This document shows, in pieces, positions 1 through 10,574 of a stretch of 64,000 nt of DNA (positions are counted from its first letter, which is position 1; the number at the start of each line of letters is the position of its first letter). This DNA is from Candidatus Gottesmanbacteria bacterium (GTDB lineage Bacteria; Patescibacteriota; Microgenomatia; UBA10105; UBA927), in assembly GCA_903821745.1 (NCBI GenBank), contig CAIJMI010000005.1:263802-327801 (forward strand), written 5' to 3'. The translations under genes were made by a program, and so were the position numbers. The notes under the pieces are model-generated. The model saw nothing but the letters and a program-made list of their open reading frames with translations. It had not been told where the DNA came from and ran no database searches.

Positions 1-176
1 CGAACAAAAGGCATCAACAATTGCTTGCGGAAGATGGGTTTCGACAAGTTCTGTTTTTGTTGCTTCCCATGCGTTTTTCGCAGTGCCAAAATACTGGCAT
101 AAAAGATTAAAACGTACCGGGCCGATACCGGGAAATACACTAAACCCAACCCAATACCAATCTTCATCGGTCATCA

Positions 177-1469
177 TCATACGTGTTTCTTCATATACGC
201 ATGTGCCCATGCAATGCCCGCAAGCATTACATGATCCATATTTCCTTCCTCATATTTCCATGATCCAAATCGGCCCCGGGGAAATATATCATGCGCTTCA
301 AGAATTGGAGTAACCCGCGATAAAATCGCGTCACGATTTTTTGTAGGAACGGGATATGCGAGCGGCGCTTCAATATAAAAACGATCAACGATATCCGCGT
401 CTTTTGGGATATACCCGCACGCCATCGCAGTCGTAATAACTTGTCGAATAACTACATCTTTCTTCACTGGTGTTTTACCGTCATACGAGAGTTCAAAAAG
501 CAGTGACCACGCGCCTGATGGTGCATTGTGTGTTCCATAATTGGAATACACACTCACACGGAAAAAAGGAATCTTTGGATCAGGAACATAGATCCAATGG
601 ACAGTCTTAAGTAGTTCCGGAACGGTTCCTTTGATACCGATCCCAATAGCGATAACTCCCGTTGATGCAAGCGTTGTTGCTTTCGGCAACCGAATACCTT
701 TCGTCATAATTGTCAGTGATGTCAAAGGAATGGTAGAAAAAAGCACACCATATGAAACAGAAGATCCATCGGAAAATGTAACAATGTGTTTCTTTCCATC
801 AATTGCTACCGCCTGTTTATGATAAGAAATATTTTGCTGCAGTGCTGCTGCCATGGATGAAAAAACCGATCCCATACCGCCAACATTTGGAATAAAAAAC
901 TGTGCATTACTTCCCCACGCGGTCCCTTTCTCTTGTTCTTTGGCCGTTGCAACTTTTTTGCTAGTCCACTCCCATCCCATTTTTTCCAACGGATAGTTCC
1001 ACATTTTTCTGTTGTACGGAAAGAAAAAATATGTTGCCATCCCAAAACCGAATGTCTGCAAAATCCAATCATAAAACGATGTTGGAGATGGTATCTTTTT
1101 GCTCGTTGTTACCCCCTCAATACATGCCTTTTGTAGTGCAGGGGGCAATTGGAAAAGCGCATATTGAAAGGGATAGGAAACAAACGTGTTTTGTATTTGA
1201 ACAAACGCACGGCGCATGTAGGTCGTAAATTTATTTTTTGTAACATAGGAAAACAATGCATCAACCGTTGGATCAGCATTATGAAATACATGACCGCCGA
1301 TGTCCCAGGTGAATCCGTTTGCATCAATAACGGATGAGGAAAGACCACCGGCATGATCTGTTACCTCATACAAATGAAATGACGTACATCCATGATTTTG
1401 AAGATACCACGCTGCAGCTAGACCGCATGGTCCTGCACCTAATAGAACGACATCTTTTTTTTCAGTCAT
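177..1469 (-). CDS. FAD/NAD(P)-binding flavoprotein, UDP-galactopyranose mutase-like (amine-oxidase fold)
   Basis: N-terminal VVLLGAGPCGLAAAWYL dinucleotide-binding motif followed by GGHVFH. C-terminal GRFGSWKYEEGNMDHVMLAG resembles the UGM family C-terminus. 430 aa intact ORF. Confidence 0.5.
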   Translation of the reverse strand: MTEKKDVVLLGAGPCGLAAAWYLQNHGCTSFHLYEVTDHAGGLSSSVIDANGFTWDIGGHVFHNADPTVDALFSYVTKNKFTTYMRRAFVQIQNTFVSYPFQYALFQLPPALQKACIEGVTTSKKIPSPTSFYDWILQTFGFGMATYFFFPYNRKMWNYPLEKMGWEWTSKKVATAKEQEKGTAWGSNAQFFIPNVGGMGSVFSSMAAALQQNISYHKQAVAIDGKKHIVTFSDGSSVSYGVLFSTIPLTSLTIMTKGIRLPKATTLASTGVIAIGIGIKGTVPELLKTVHWIYVPDPKIPFFRVSVYSNYGTHNAPSGAWSLLFELSYDGKTPVKKDVVIRQVITTAMACGYIPKDADIVDRFYIEAPLAYPVPTKNRDAILSRVTPILEAHDIFPRGRFGSWKYEEGNMDHVMLAGIAWAHAYMKKHV

Positions 1470-1481
1470 ATCGCTTTGGAT

Positions 1482-3326
1482 TTACCGCAAAAACCATGCT
1501 TCCAATATTTTCTTTGCAACCGGTGATGCCTGATCACTTCCTTCACCAGCTCCTTCAACAAGGACGGAGATGGCAAGCTCAGGGTCTCCGGAAATAATTG
1601 TTTTCCCACTTTCTTTCAGTGAACTGTTGTACTGTTCCGGAATCGGTGCAAACACCGTAAACCATGCATGGGGCTTCCCTGTGGTATCACCAAACTCTGC
1701 AGTTCCTGTTTTACAGGCAACCGGAATATACGTCATTGCCGCAGACGCCGTTGCCTGCACGTGAAAATCAAACAGCGGCCAACCGGTTCCACCTGTTGCG
1801 CATGCTTCCTGCATGCCTTGAGTTATGAGTGAAATAGTCTCTTTATGGATATCTAAACTTTTACATGTTGGACTTTGATATTTACTATTGGTCACTTTTT
1901 TAATCGTTGGCCTACACTGCACCCCATTATTTGCAATCACATCCGTCCAGGCATTCACTTGTAGTGGGGTCGTCATTAAATATCCTTGCCCAATGGCAAC
2001 GTGATAAGTGTCACCTAAATACCAGTCATTATTCCGGGCTTCCAAATCCTCAGGTGACACAAACCGTTCCTGTTTCCATGCAGGATCCGGCATCAGTCCA
2101 CTTGCCTCGCCAGACAGTTCAATGCCTAGAGGTTTTCCAATCCCTACCTTTCTTGCCCACTGGGAAAGTTTTGTAATCCCAATCATCTCACCCGCTTTAT
2201 AGAAAAAAATATCGTTTGACCGTTGCAGTGCTTTCACAACATCCACAAACCCATCGGTTTTTCCGTATTGCAGAAAAAACCAATTCGGAAATTTATACGG
2301 TCCGATGGTAATCACTCCGGTATCTTCCACAATCGTATCTTTCTGAATCGATTTTTCCTCAAGTCCCGCAAGAGCCGTCACAATTTTAAACGTGGATCCG
2401 GGAGGATACACCCCACCTATGCTGCGGTTAAACATGGGCTGATCCGGATTATTCACCAGTCCATGGTACTGTTCCATGGACATCACGGAGGTGAATAAAT
2501 TTGGATTGTAGGAAGGACTCGAATACAATCCTACTATCTCTCCGGTACTTGGTTTGGTAATAACGACCGCTCCTTTTTGTCCCACAGGAAAGGCAGTCTC
2601 CGCAGTCACGGATAACCCAATATCTAAGGATAACGTAATATATTCTCCCGGAATGGCAGGGTCGGATCCTAACACTCGAAGAATTTTTCCCGATGCGTCC
2701 ACTTCCACGAGTTGCTTGCCATTTTTTCCCCGTAATCGTTCTTCAAACACTTCTTCAGCCCCAACTCTACCAATCCGGTCTCCCGGGCCATATCCCCGAA
2801 GAGCATAATACTCATCCTGAAGTTCATCCTCGGATAATTCATTAATATACCCAACAACATGTGCCGTTGCCTCCGGATACAAATACAACCGCTGATAGTC
2901 AACTTCCAAAAATGACCCCAAAGGTAATCCATTTTTCTGCATGGCATCTCCCTCTTCCTGACTGACACGAGTCGTACATTCTTGCGTTGCGTCGGCCGTT
3001 CCTTCACACGGACGAATAAGCCGATACTGCGGGATATTTGAAACCAATGGTTTCCCAGTTCTGTCAAGAAGTAGCCCACGTGGCGCGTGCTGAATGAGAA
3101 CCCGCGTTCTGTTGCCATCGGCAAGCGAACGATATTCATGACCCTTGACGACCGTCAAATGAAACAACCGGAAAAACAACGCAAACAAAGAAAAAAATAA
3201 GACAGAAGTAAATAATAAAAATCGTCCGGATCCACTCCACCAGGACGCAGACGGTGTTCGAAATAACCGTCGTTCGGTTGCCTTCCCGCCGGTTACACTG
3301 TCTGAAAATGCACTCCCAAACTTCAT
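1482..3326 (-). CDS. mrdA: Penicillin-binding protein 2 / peptidoglycan D,D-transpeptidase (class B PBP)
   Basis: N-terminal TM anchor and dimerisation domain. SxxK active-site motif as STFK, with later SN and KTG-like motifs. ATG at 3324-3326. Lies downstream of mreB in the same orientation. Confidence 0.8.
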   Translation of the reverse strand: MKFGSAFSDSVTGGKATERRLFRTPSASWWSGSGRFLLFTSVLFFSLFALFFRLFHLTVVKGHEYRSLADGNRTRVLIQHAPRGLLLDRTGKPLVSNIPQYRLIRPCEGTADATQECTTRVSQEEGDAMQKNGLPLGSFLEVDYQRLYLYPEATAHVVGYINELSEDELQDEYYALRGYGPGDRIGRVGAEEVFEERLRGKNGKQLVEVDASGKILRVLGSDPAIPGEYITLSLDIGLSVTAETAFPVGQKGAVVITKPSTGEIVGLYSSPSYNPNLFTSVMSMEQYHGLVNNPDQPMFNRSIGGVYPPGSTFKIVTALAGLEEKSIQKDTIVEDTGVITIGPYKFPNWFFLQYGKTDGFVDVVKALQRSNDIFFYKAGEMIGITKLSQWARKVGIGKPLGIELSGEASGLMPDPAWKQERFVSPEDLEARNNDWYLGDTYHVAIGQGYLMTTPLQVNAWTDVIANNGVQCRPTIKKVTNSKYQSPTCKSLDIHKETISLITQGMQEACATGGTGWPLFDFHVQATASAAMTYIPVACKTGTAEFGDTTGKPHAWFTVFAPIPEQYNSSLKESGKTIISGDPELAISVLVEGAGEGSDQASPVAKKILEAWFLR

Positions 3327-3329
3327 ATA

Positions 3330-3884
3330 TTATATAAGATGCAATAGTATCCCAACGCCAACAATGCACGCGCCAAAGATGATTCCGGTAATGACCTGGA
3401 GACGGGTATGCCGTTTCAAAACAACGCGTGACCATGCAAGGACGGGTAAGGCAAACACCAATAGCCAGGTGAATCCTCCAAACCACACAATCAGTGTGCC
3501 AACAAAAAGCGTTGCCATGGTCATGTGACCGGAAATTTTAAACCATAAGGTAATGAGAAAAAACAAGAAATACATGATCGTGATCAATACAAAAAAATTT
3601 GTAACAATCATACGACCAACACATGCAATACCAATTGCACCACAAAGAAGAAACAATAAAAAGATACATAACGCCTTGACCCGTTCTTTCCGATTAGAAA
3701 TGTCCCAATTGGATATTTTTTTTGTACGAAGTGCATAGACTAATAATCCAAACGTTGGAAAAAGGACACCAATAAACACAATACCGGAAACGAGAAGGAC
3801 CTCATAAAAAGTCAATGACGCACGAAGAAGAATCAAAACAAACAATACGGAAAATAACAGGACCGGCTCAAAAATACGCGACAT
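3330..3884 (-). CDS. Polytopic membrane protein in the MreD position of the mreB-pbp2 cluster, with PAP2-like SGH...SRxxxxxH motifs
   Basis: Highly hydrophobic with about 6 TM segments. ISGH and SRVVLKRH motifs fit PAP2 motifs 2 and 3, but motif 1 (KxxxxxxRP) is absent. ATG at 3882-3884; the ORF track extends to a TTG at 3923. Confidence 0.4.
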   Translation of the reverse strand: MSRIFEPVLLFSVLFVLILLRASLTFYEVLLVSGIVFIGVLFPTFGLLVYALRTKKISNWDISNRKERVKALCIFLLFLLCGAIGIACVGRMIVTNFFVLITIMYFLFFLITLWFKISGHMTMATLFVGTLIVWFGGFTWLLVFALPVLAWSRVVLKRHTRLQVITGIIFGACIVGVGILLHLI

Positions 3885-3903
3885 AATTTTGGCAAACACA
3901 ATA

Positions 3904-4959
3904 TTATCCTTTCCGTTGGGCAACTTTTACCCGAGCAAGTAAGCCTGAATCATCAAGAAGAATACCGCACCCCCGAACAACGGCAGTTTGTGGATCTTCC
4001 GTGATCCATACCGGCATTTTGGTTTCCGTTGCGATGAGCTTATCAATGCCCCGAATGAGCGATCCGCCTCCTGCAAGAACGATACCATGTTCCAAAATAT
4101 CTCCAACAAGTTCCGGCGGTGTTTCTTCCATGGTTTCTGCAACTGCTTCAACAATTTGTTGTATCACCGGGGAAAGTGCTTCCCGTACTTCCGATTCACT
4201 CACCCGAATAGACCGGGGCAGTCCGGTTTCAATGTCCCGTCCCCGAACAACTGCCTGCCGGTCGCTTTTTCCGACTGGATATGCACTCCCAACCGCAATT
4301 TTAATGGCTTCTGCGGTTTGATCACCAATGAGCATCCCGTATTTAACACGGACAAATGTTTGAATCGCTTCATCCATTTCATCTCCTGCTACACGAACGC
4401 TGCGATTAACAACAATTCCTCCTAACGAAAGCACGGCAATTTCCGTTGTTCCGCCACCGATATCACAAATAAAACTGCCACTGGAATCCTGAATAGGAAG
4501 TTTTGAACCGATTGCTGCTGCCATAGGTTCCTCAATAAGATAGGCCTCTCGAGCTCCAGCCATGATTGCTGCTTCCTGCACGGCACGGCGTTCAACTTCC
4601 GTCACTCCCGATGGAATGCCGATCACTACTTTTGGCCGGGGAATATTTGGCAGGAGTGTTGTTTTGGGATGTTGGTGCACAATGCCGATGTAATATTTGA
4701 GCATTGCAGCCGTTGCATCAAAATCCGCGATTACGCCGTCTTTTAGGGGTCGCAAGGCTTCAATCGTTCCAGGCGTTTTCCCCAACATTTTTTTTGCTTC
4801 TTTGCCAATGGCCACAATTTGCTTGGAACGTTTTTGCCGAGCAACAACAGAAGGTTCACGAATGAGGATCCCTTTTCCTTTGACGTACACGAGGGTATTG
4901 GCAGTACCTAAATCGATACCTAAATCATGAGAAAGTAGTCCGAAAAAAAAGTCAAACAT
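3904..4959 (-). CDS. mreB: Rod-shape determining protein MreB
   Basis: DLGTANTLVYV N-terminal phosphate-1 motif. Actin/Hsp70 fold motifs run throughout (GGGTTEIAVLSLGGIV, VLAGGGSL). 351 aa. Confidence 0.9.
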   Translation of the reverse strand: MFDFFFGLLSHDLGIDLGTANTLVYVKGKGILIREPSVVARQKRSKQIVAIGKEAKKMLGKTPGTIEALRPLKDGVIADFDATAAMLKYYIGIVHQHPKTTLLPNIPRPKVVIGIPSGVTEVERRAVQEAAIMAGAREAYLIEEPMAAAIGSKLPIQDSSGSFICDIGGGTTEIAVLSLGGIVVNRSVRVAGDEMDEAIQTFVRVKYGMLIGDQTAEAIKIAVGSAYPVGKSDRQAVVRGRDIETGLPRSIRVSESEVREALSPVIQQIVEAVAETMEETPPELVGDILEHGIVLAGGGSLIRGIDKLIATETKMPVWITEDPQTAVVRGCGILLDDSGLLARVKVAQRKG

Positions 4960-5236
4960 CGCTGTTAGGTAATTCTAACACAAATATATGATTGGCTTAA
5001 CATACCATCACATCCGCAGGATAGTGTACAACTTCGAAATCTTGCAACCATTCCAAACAAATAGTTTTGTATCGGCCATCCGACAACAAAACAACTCTGT
5101 AAAAAAGAGTGTTGCAATCGGTAGCGCCCACGCAATGAGCCAGATATGTTCTGCTCCTCGTTTACCTCCAGCAAACCATAGAAAAAGATGTGCATACCAG
5201 TATTCATGCTATAATTACCACAAACCAAAAACACCT

Positions 5237-5725
5237 ATGAAAAATCTTGAACACCGGGTTCCCTTCTTTGCCGATAACGTGGAGAACCAGACAAACAACC
5301 CATATCCAGATGATCTAACCATGCAGGAACCTGATGAAATTTTTCTCACGGAGCTCATCCAAAAAACTGAAGAAGAGGCAAATGCAATACAACAGTCAGT
5401 CATCGGAAAAATACACGGACACATCAGGAATGTGAACAATGTCACCATCAATAAAACACAATTTAAAAAACCAGTGGAAACACAGTTTGCCCTGATAGAA
5501 TCGGGGGGAAGACTGAACATTGCTCGCTTTAATAAGGACGTACATGGTCCATGGAATGATATCCCCGATACAAACCTTACGCCCGTAGAATTCATCAGTT
5601 GGTATAAAAACCAAGAAGAACCGACACCGGGACTCCTGACGGAATTTATCAATACAAGAAAACAACAATCCGCATCGAAGATGCACTGGGAACCTTCCCA
5701 TCACCCAAAACCAAAAACGAAATAA
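5237..5725 (+). CDS. Hypothetical protein
   Basis: Internal ATG at 5237 chosen. The upstream part of the longer ORF overlaps the mreB promoter region and has odd composition. A TATAAT-like element sits at 5210-5215. No recognisable domain. Confidence 0.35.
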   Translation: MKNLEHRVPFFADNVENQTNNPYPDDLTMQEPDEIFLTELIQKTEEEANAIQQSVIGKIHGHIRNVNNVTINKTQFKKPVETQFALIESGGRLNIARFNKDVHGPWNDIPDTNLTPVEFISWYKNQEEPTPGLLTEFINTRKQQSASKMHWEPSHHPKPKTK

Positions 5726-5742
5726 TCAAAGGGGAGATACCA

Positions 5743-6216
5743 TCATTGATCATGAACATCCCGACTGCCCGAGCTGTATCTATCAGGTTCTTTCCTTGTA
5801 CCATGTGTCATCCCGAAACTGTTCGCTACCGAAGAACCGACATATTGCCAACCTTCTGGTCGTTCCGTTGGTGCGGGACTTGCTAATCTCCCGCGTGCCA
5901 CAATAAGTGCATCCAGTGCCAGGCGTAATTCTTCCGACGCCTTCCGTTTATTTCTTTGGATGGGTTCAGCTAAATTTTTACGTATCTTGTCAACAAAATC
6001 CAATGCATCCTCTCCATACACCGTCTTCATATGTGCTGCAAGCACTGCTCCAGGAGTTGTCTTTTCTTCCCCGATAATGCGCAAGACTTCTTTTGCTAAT
6101 GGGACTGCTTTCGCCAATGTCGGACGCCCAGAAAAATCAACCGTTTGAAAAAATGGTTGTGGTGTATCTTGACTTACCATGGGCGTACTGCCGAGAATCC
6201 GTTCTCCTTCTATCAT
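5743..6216 (-). CDS. Hypothetical protein
   Basis: 157 aa intact ORF with helical-looking composition and no recognised motif. Confidence 0.35.
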   Translation of the reverse strand: MIEGERILGSTPMVSQDTPQPFFQTVDFSGRPTLAKAVPLAKEVLRIIGEEKTTPGAVLAAHMKTVYGEDALDFVDKIRKNLAEPIQRNKRKASEELRLALDALIVARGRLASPAPTERPEGWQYVGSSVANSFGMTHGTRKEPDRYSSGSRDVHDQ

Positions 6217-6521
6217 ATATACATAGTATACCGATTATAGACGCATAAAAAAACACCGGAACATTACTACGTTAAACATGATGGGCACATACCCAACATA
6301 CATGTAAAAAATAATAACCCTCCGGTGTCTAAACAAAAGACCAGCTGATATCCGAAAAATCATGAACAAATCCAGATCAACAAATATCACTAGTCATAAA
6401 CAAAGATGCATTGCTCCATCCTTGAAATTTTCAGTGATAGATCCACTTCTCAAACGTGTCCAGAGCTCTCGGGATGCGTTCGATACATGAACCTATACTA
6501 CGCCCTGCGTTCTACGCTATA

Positions 6522-6731
6522 TTATTTGCAATATGTGTCAAAAAATGCCTTGTTCGGTTTCAACACATGACCGGTTGGCCGTTCGTCCCATCGAACAAGA
6601 TGATGTTGAAAAAGTTTTTCATCTATTTCTATCAAAAACGCTTCTTGTTCGCTAATACAAGATTCTAGAACACCTTCCGTTGCATTTTTTAACGCTTCTA
6701 CCAACTCATCAAACGTGCAAATTGTTTTCAT
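6522..6731 (-). CDS. Small hypothetical protein (70 aa)
   Basis: Internal ATG at 6729-6731 is preceded by a GAGGAG RBS (complement of 6734-6739). The longer track ORF has no RBS. Confidence 0.3.
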   Translation of the reverse strand: MKTICTFDELVEALKNATEGVLESCISEQEAFLIEIDEKLFQHHLVRWDERPTGHVLKPNKAFFDTYCK

Positions 6732-6947
6732 ATTCTCCTCGACAATGATGATATGTTTTTGTGTTGCAGGGCGACAAAGCCCTCCTAAGAAGAAAGGCTT
6801 AGTTACCCAGCAACACTTCATAGACGCAGAGCTTGGCAATGTGCTAAAAACTCAAAAACGGGGAAAATCCCGTTCGAGAATAATATCCTATAACAATTAA
6901 CCACTTAAATCAAATTCACTCCTTCCTGTATATGATATACTGACACT

Positions 6948-9086
6948 ATGGAAAAAGTACCATTGTTCTGCGACCGAGTCATCCGCATAGCTTTCGCACT
7001 CCTCGTGCTTTTGGTCCCTCTGCTCTTAACGCCAGTCAATTATGAACTCTTTGAATATAACAAAATGATGGCAGTCTACGGAATAACTGCAGTTATTATC
7101 CTTGCATGGGTGGGTAAAATGATTGTGCAGAAACGCATCTCCATCGCAACCACACCATTTGATATTCATATAGGATTTTTTGTACTTTCACAGCTTATCA
7201 GTGCCCTCTTCTCAATAGACCCGCATATCTCCTGGTTTGGGTATTATTCCCGATTTAATGGAGGTATGATTTCTATTTTTTGTTATACACTCCTCTTTTA
7301 TGCCTTTGTCTCCAATATTTCAAAAGATATGGTAAAAAAATTGACCGTATTGCTTCTGACCACCGGCTCCTTGGTTGCAGTCTATGGAGTTCTTGAACAT
7401 GTTGGAATAGATAAAACGATCTGGGTGCAGGATGTCCAAAGCCGAGTATTCTCAACCCTTGGCCAACCGAATTGGCTTGCTGCATATCTAGTGGCTTTAA
7501 TTCCTATTGCGCTTGCAATTGCATTTGTCAAAAAGACCACATGGACGTTTTCACTCATTCCCGCGGGTGTTACGATATTGTTTTTCCTCACGCTGCTCTA
7601 TACCCGATCCCGATCAGGACTTGTTGCATGGGGCATTGTTGATATTCTTTTTTGGGTGGTTCTGTTTCTCCAAACACCAACAAAACGCACGCTCCGAACC
7701 CCCCTGTTCCTTGCCCATATCGCATTTGCCATCTGCATTTTCTTTACGGGGACACATATTGATCAGATAGATAAATGGATAACATTTGACGGATGGAGGG
7801 AGCAGCTGACCCATGCAAAACAGGAAGCAACACAAAGTGCGTCCGTCCAAACAGAACCAACAATTCCCGCAGGACCGGTATTGGAAACTGGCGGAACAGA
7901 ATCAGGAGTTATCCGAACATATGTCTGGCAAGCTGCATTGAATGCATGGCGCGCAACGCCAAAAAATATGGCAATTGGTACAGGAACGGAAACATTTGCA
8001 TTTGCCTTTTACCAATACAAACCCATCGGACACAACCTGACGAGCGAATGGGATTTCTTGTACAACAAAGCCCATAATGAATATCTGAACTACCTGGCCA
8101 CAACCGGTCTTTTTGGACTGACAACATATCTGGTACTCCTTGTCGTCATCGCGCTCTGGTTTTTCAAAACCATCATCAAAAATAACAAAGGAACCATTAT
8201 TCTCTTAGGCATCTTTTTAGGATGGCTTTCGATTCTCATCACCAATTTCTTTGGATTTTCAGTTGTTGTCATGCAATTATTGCTCTTTTTGCTCCCTGCA
8301 GCAGCATATCTGTTCTACCGGTATGAAAACCCGATAACCGTCACTCAAAAAAAACACGTCAGCACGCTTCCGTCTATTTCCTTTTTTGAACAATCAATTA
8401 CCCTCAACTACAAGGGACAATCTATCGGTATAGGCATCACCATCTGCGCAGCAATCGTTCTCCTTAGTCTCCTGGGCCTAACCTGGTATGCAGACAAAAC
8501 ATTTGCCGCCGGGTATCGCAAAGCGCAGGCAGGACTTTATGCACAGGCATATGCCCCACTGACGAAAAGTATATTGCTCAATCCATCAGAACCGTTCTAC
8601 AAAGATGAATATGCAAACGTACTTTCGTCACTTGCTGTTGCAGCGCTTGATAATCAGGATGCAACCTTGTCTGCAACCTTAGGGGCCTATGCCGTCAATG
8701 AAAACGAAGCAGCACTTGCCATTTCACCGCGAAACGTCAATTTCTGGAAATCTAAAACAAAAATATATTATGCCCTTTCTGCTCTTGATGCATCGTTCCT
8801 TCCCCAAGCAATCACTGCTTTAGAGCATGCACGAACGCTTTCCCCCATGGATCCAAAAATTGTATATAACCTGGCAATTCTCGAAGGAAAAAATGGCGAA
8901 GCAGACAAAGCCATTTTCTATCTTGAATCATCGATAACCCTAAAACCAAATTACCGAGATGCCTACTACGCGCTTTTCGTCTTTTACCAGGAAACAAAGC
9001 AAACAGAAAAGGCAACAGCAACCATTCAAAAATATTTAACCACCGTCAACAGTCAGGATGGGGAATTTAAAAAATTGATAGAATAA
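6948..9086 (+). CDS. O-antigen ligase/polymerase-like polytopic membrane protein with C-terminal TPR repeats
   Basis: Multiple TM helices with an FSTLGQPNWLAAYLVALIP Wzy_C-like segment and a large periplasmic loop. The C-terminal roughly 200 aa show TPR-like A/Y/L periodicity. Confidence 0.6.
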   Translation: MEKVPLFCDRVIRIAFALLVLLVPLLLTPVNYELFEYNKMMAVYGITAVIILAWVGKMIVQKRISIATTPFDIHIGFFVLSQLISALFSIDPHISWFGYYSRFNGGMISIFCYTLLFYAFVSNISKDMVKKLTVLLLTTGSLVAVYGVLEHVGIDKTIWVQDVQSRVFSTLGQPNWLAAYLVALIPIALAIAFVKKTTWTFSLIPAGVTILFFLTLLYTRSRSGLVAWGIVDILFWVVLFLQTPTKRTLRTPLFLAHIAFAICIFFTGTHIDQIDKWITFDGWREQLTHAKQEATQSASVQTEPTIPAGPVLETGGTESGVIRTYVWQAALNAWRATPKNMAIGTGTETFAFAFYQYKPIGHNLTSEWDFLYNKAHNEYLNYLATTGLFGLTTYLVLLVVIALWFFKTIIKNNKGTIILLGIFLGWLSILITNFFGFSVVVMQLLLFLLPAAAYLFYRYENPITVTQKKHVSTLPSISFFEQSITLNYKGQSIGIGITICAAIVLLSLLGLTWYADKTFAAGYRKAQAGLYAQAYAPLTKSILLNPSEPFYKDEYANVLSSLAVAALDNQDATLSATLGAYAVNENEAALAISPRNVNFWKSKTKIYYALSALDASFLPQAITALEHARTLSPMDPKIVYNLAILEGKNGEADKAIFYLESSITLKPNYRDAYYALFVFYQETKQTEKATATIQKYLTTVNSQDGEFKKLIE

Positions 9087-9091
9087 ACACC

Positions 9092-9628
9092 ATGCGACCA
9101 ATCGTTCATATTCCAAAGTCAGTGCTTTCTACACCCGCCCGTCGAGTGATAACGTTTGACAAAAAATTACAGCAGCTCATCGCCGACATGAAAGAAACCC
9201 TGCTTGCTGCCAAGAATCCAAAAGGTGTTGGGCTTGCTGCCCCACAAGTTGGTGCTGCTCTTCAATTGTTTCTTACCAAACCCTCAGCAAAGGATGATAT
9301 CCGGGTATTCATTAATCCGGAAATTATACATATGGAACAAGAAGATCCAAAAGAAAAAAAACTGGAACATCTGGAAGGATGTCTCTCCATTCCTAATATC
9401 TGGGGTGATGTAAAACGCGCACCGACCCTCACTATACACTATCAGGATGAACACGGAGCGGCGCATGAAGAAACAATGACCGGATTCCTGGCAACCATCA
9501 TCCAGCACGAAACCGATCACATTAATGGAATTCTCTTTACCCAGCGGGTCCTCGAACAAAAAAATAAACTCTATCAAAATGCAAAAGACGACAACGGAAA
9601 AGAAATACTGGAAGAGATCGTTATTTAA
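9092..9628 (+). CDS. def: Peptide deformylase
   Basis: All three deformylase motifs are present: GVGLAAPQVG, EGCLS and HETDHINGILF (HExxH). Confidence 0.9.
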   Translation: MRPIVHIPKSVLSTPARRVITFDKKLQQLIADMKETLLAAKNPKGVGLAAPQVGAALQLFLTKPSAKDDIRVFINPEIIHMEQEDPKEKKLEHLEGCLSIPNIWGDVKRAPTLTIHYQDEHGAAHEETMTGFLATIIQHETDHINGILFTQRVLEQKNKLYQNAKDDNGKEILEEIVI

Positions 9629-9631
9629 TCT

Positions 9632-10573
9632 ATGCATATCATTTTTTTTGGCTCCACCAACGATGCTCTTCTGATTGCAAAAGCAATTCATGCAAACTAT
9701 CCCCTTGCTGCCGTTGTCACGCAGCCTGCAAAACCCGTTGGACGGAATAAAACCATCACAAAAACACCGCTCGAACTGTGGGCAACGGAACAAAAAATTC
9801 CCTGCCTCACATTTGCAGCTGATGCAGAACACGGATGGAAATACAACAATGACGCAGCGGTTACCAATAGTCTTGCAACATGGAAACCAGATCTCTTTAT
9901 CACGGCCTGTTACGGACAAAAACTACCAAGTGACGCACTGGCTCTTCCAACCATTGGAGCGCTGAACATTCACCCATCCCTCTTGCCTCGGTGGCGCGGA
10001 GCAGATCCGGTTCCTTGGACCATTATTGCAGGCGATGCGCAAACCGGGGTTACCATTTCGACAATCACGAATACGTTTGACAGTGGAGACATTGTCGCAC
10101 AGAAAAAAAGAGCAGTAACACTGCATGATCAACCGGATGCACTGCGTACCACATTGTTTACCATGGGGGCAGAGCTTCTTCTTGAAATACTTCCTGCATA
10201 TAGCAAAAGAAGCATCAAACCAACACCACAAAAACAAGAAGATGTCGTGATTGCACGAAAACTCACACGGGACGATGGATATATTCCGTATGACCTTGTC
10301 CAAGAAGCGATTGTTGGCCATGACGTAAAACGCGAAAAACGAACTGGTCTTACTGCAGCAATTGACCAACCCCTTCCGGAAACCATTGTTCGACTTGGTC
10401 GTGCACTTTCTCCGTGGCCAGGTATCTGGACAACCGTCACCTATGAAGGGAAAGATATGCGGGTAAAACTCTTCGACCTCACGCTGACCGGCAACACACT
10501 TTCCATTGGAAAAGTGCAACGGGAAGGGAAAAACCCGACAGACTGGAAAACGTTTCAGCAAGCGTATCTGTAA
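9632..10573 (+). CDS. fmt: Methionyl-tRNA formyltransferase
   Basis: Formyltransferase N-domain with the NIHPSLLPRWRGADP motif. Sits 3 nt after def in the classic def-fmt operon arrangement. Confidence 0.9.
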   Translation: MHIIFFGSTNDALLIAKAIHANYPLAAVVTQPAKPVGRNKTITKTPLELWATEQKIPCLTFAADAEHGWKYNNDAAVTNSLATWKPDLFITACYGQKLPSDALALPTIGALNIHPSLLPRWRGADPVPWTIIAGDAQTGVTISTITNTFDSGDIVAQKKRAVTLHDQPDALRTTLFTMGAELLLEILPAYSKRSIKPTPQKQEDVVIARKLTRDDGYIPYDLVQEAIVGHDVKREKRTGLTAAIDQPLPETIVRLGRALSPWPGIWTTVTYEGKDMRVKLFDLTLTGNTLSIGKVQREGKNPTDWKTFQQAYL

Positions 10574-10574
10574 C

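Noticed and set aside
4988-5236. N-terminal 83 codons of the 245-aa ORF track entry
   Set aside because: This stretch overlaps the mreB promoter region and has odd composition. The internal ATG at 5237 after a TATAAT-like element is a more plausible start.
6255-6330. 8-bp inverted repeat ACACCGGA ... TCCGGTGT separated by about 50 nt in the 6217-6521 spacer
   Set aside because: The match is short and has no flanking U-tract or conserved loop features. It could be chance, so it is not called as a structured RNA.
9284-9919. 211-aa minus-strand ORF overlapping def and fmt (and similar antisense ORFs 9923-10561, 20775-21089, 54320-54871, 55345-55614, 56327-56755)
   Set aside because: These overlap strongly supported genes on the opposite strand and have no RBS or start context. 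They are frame shadows.
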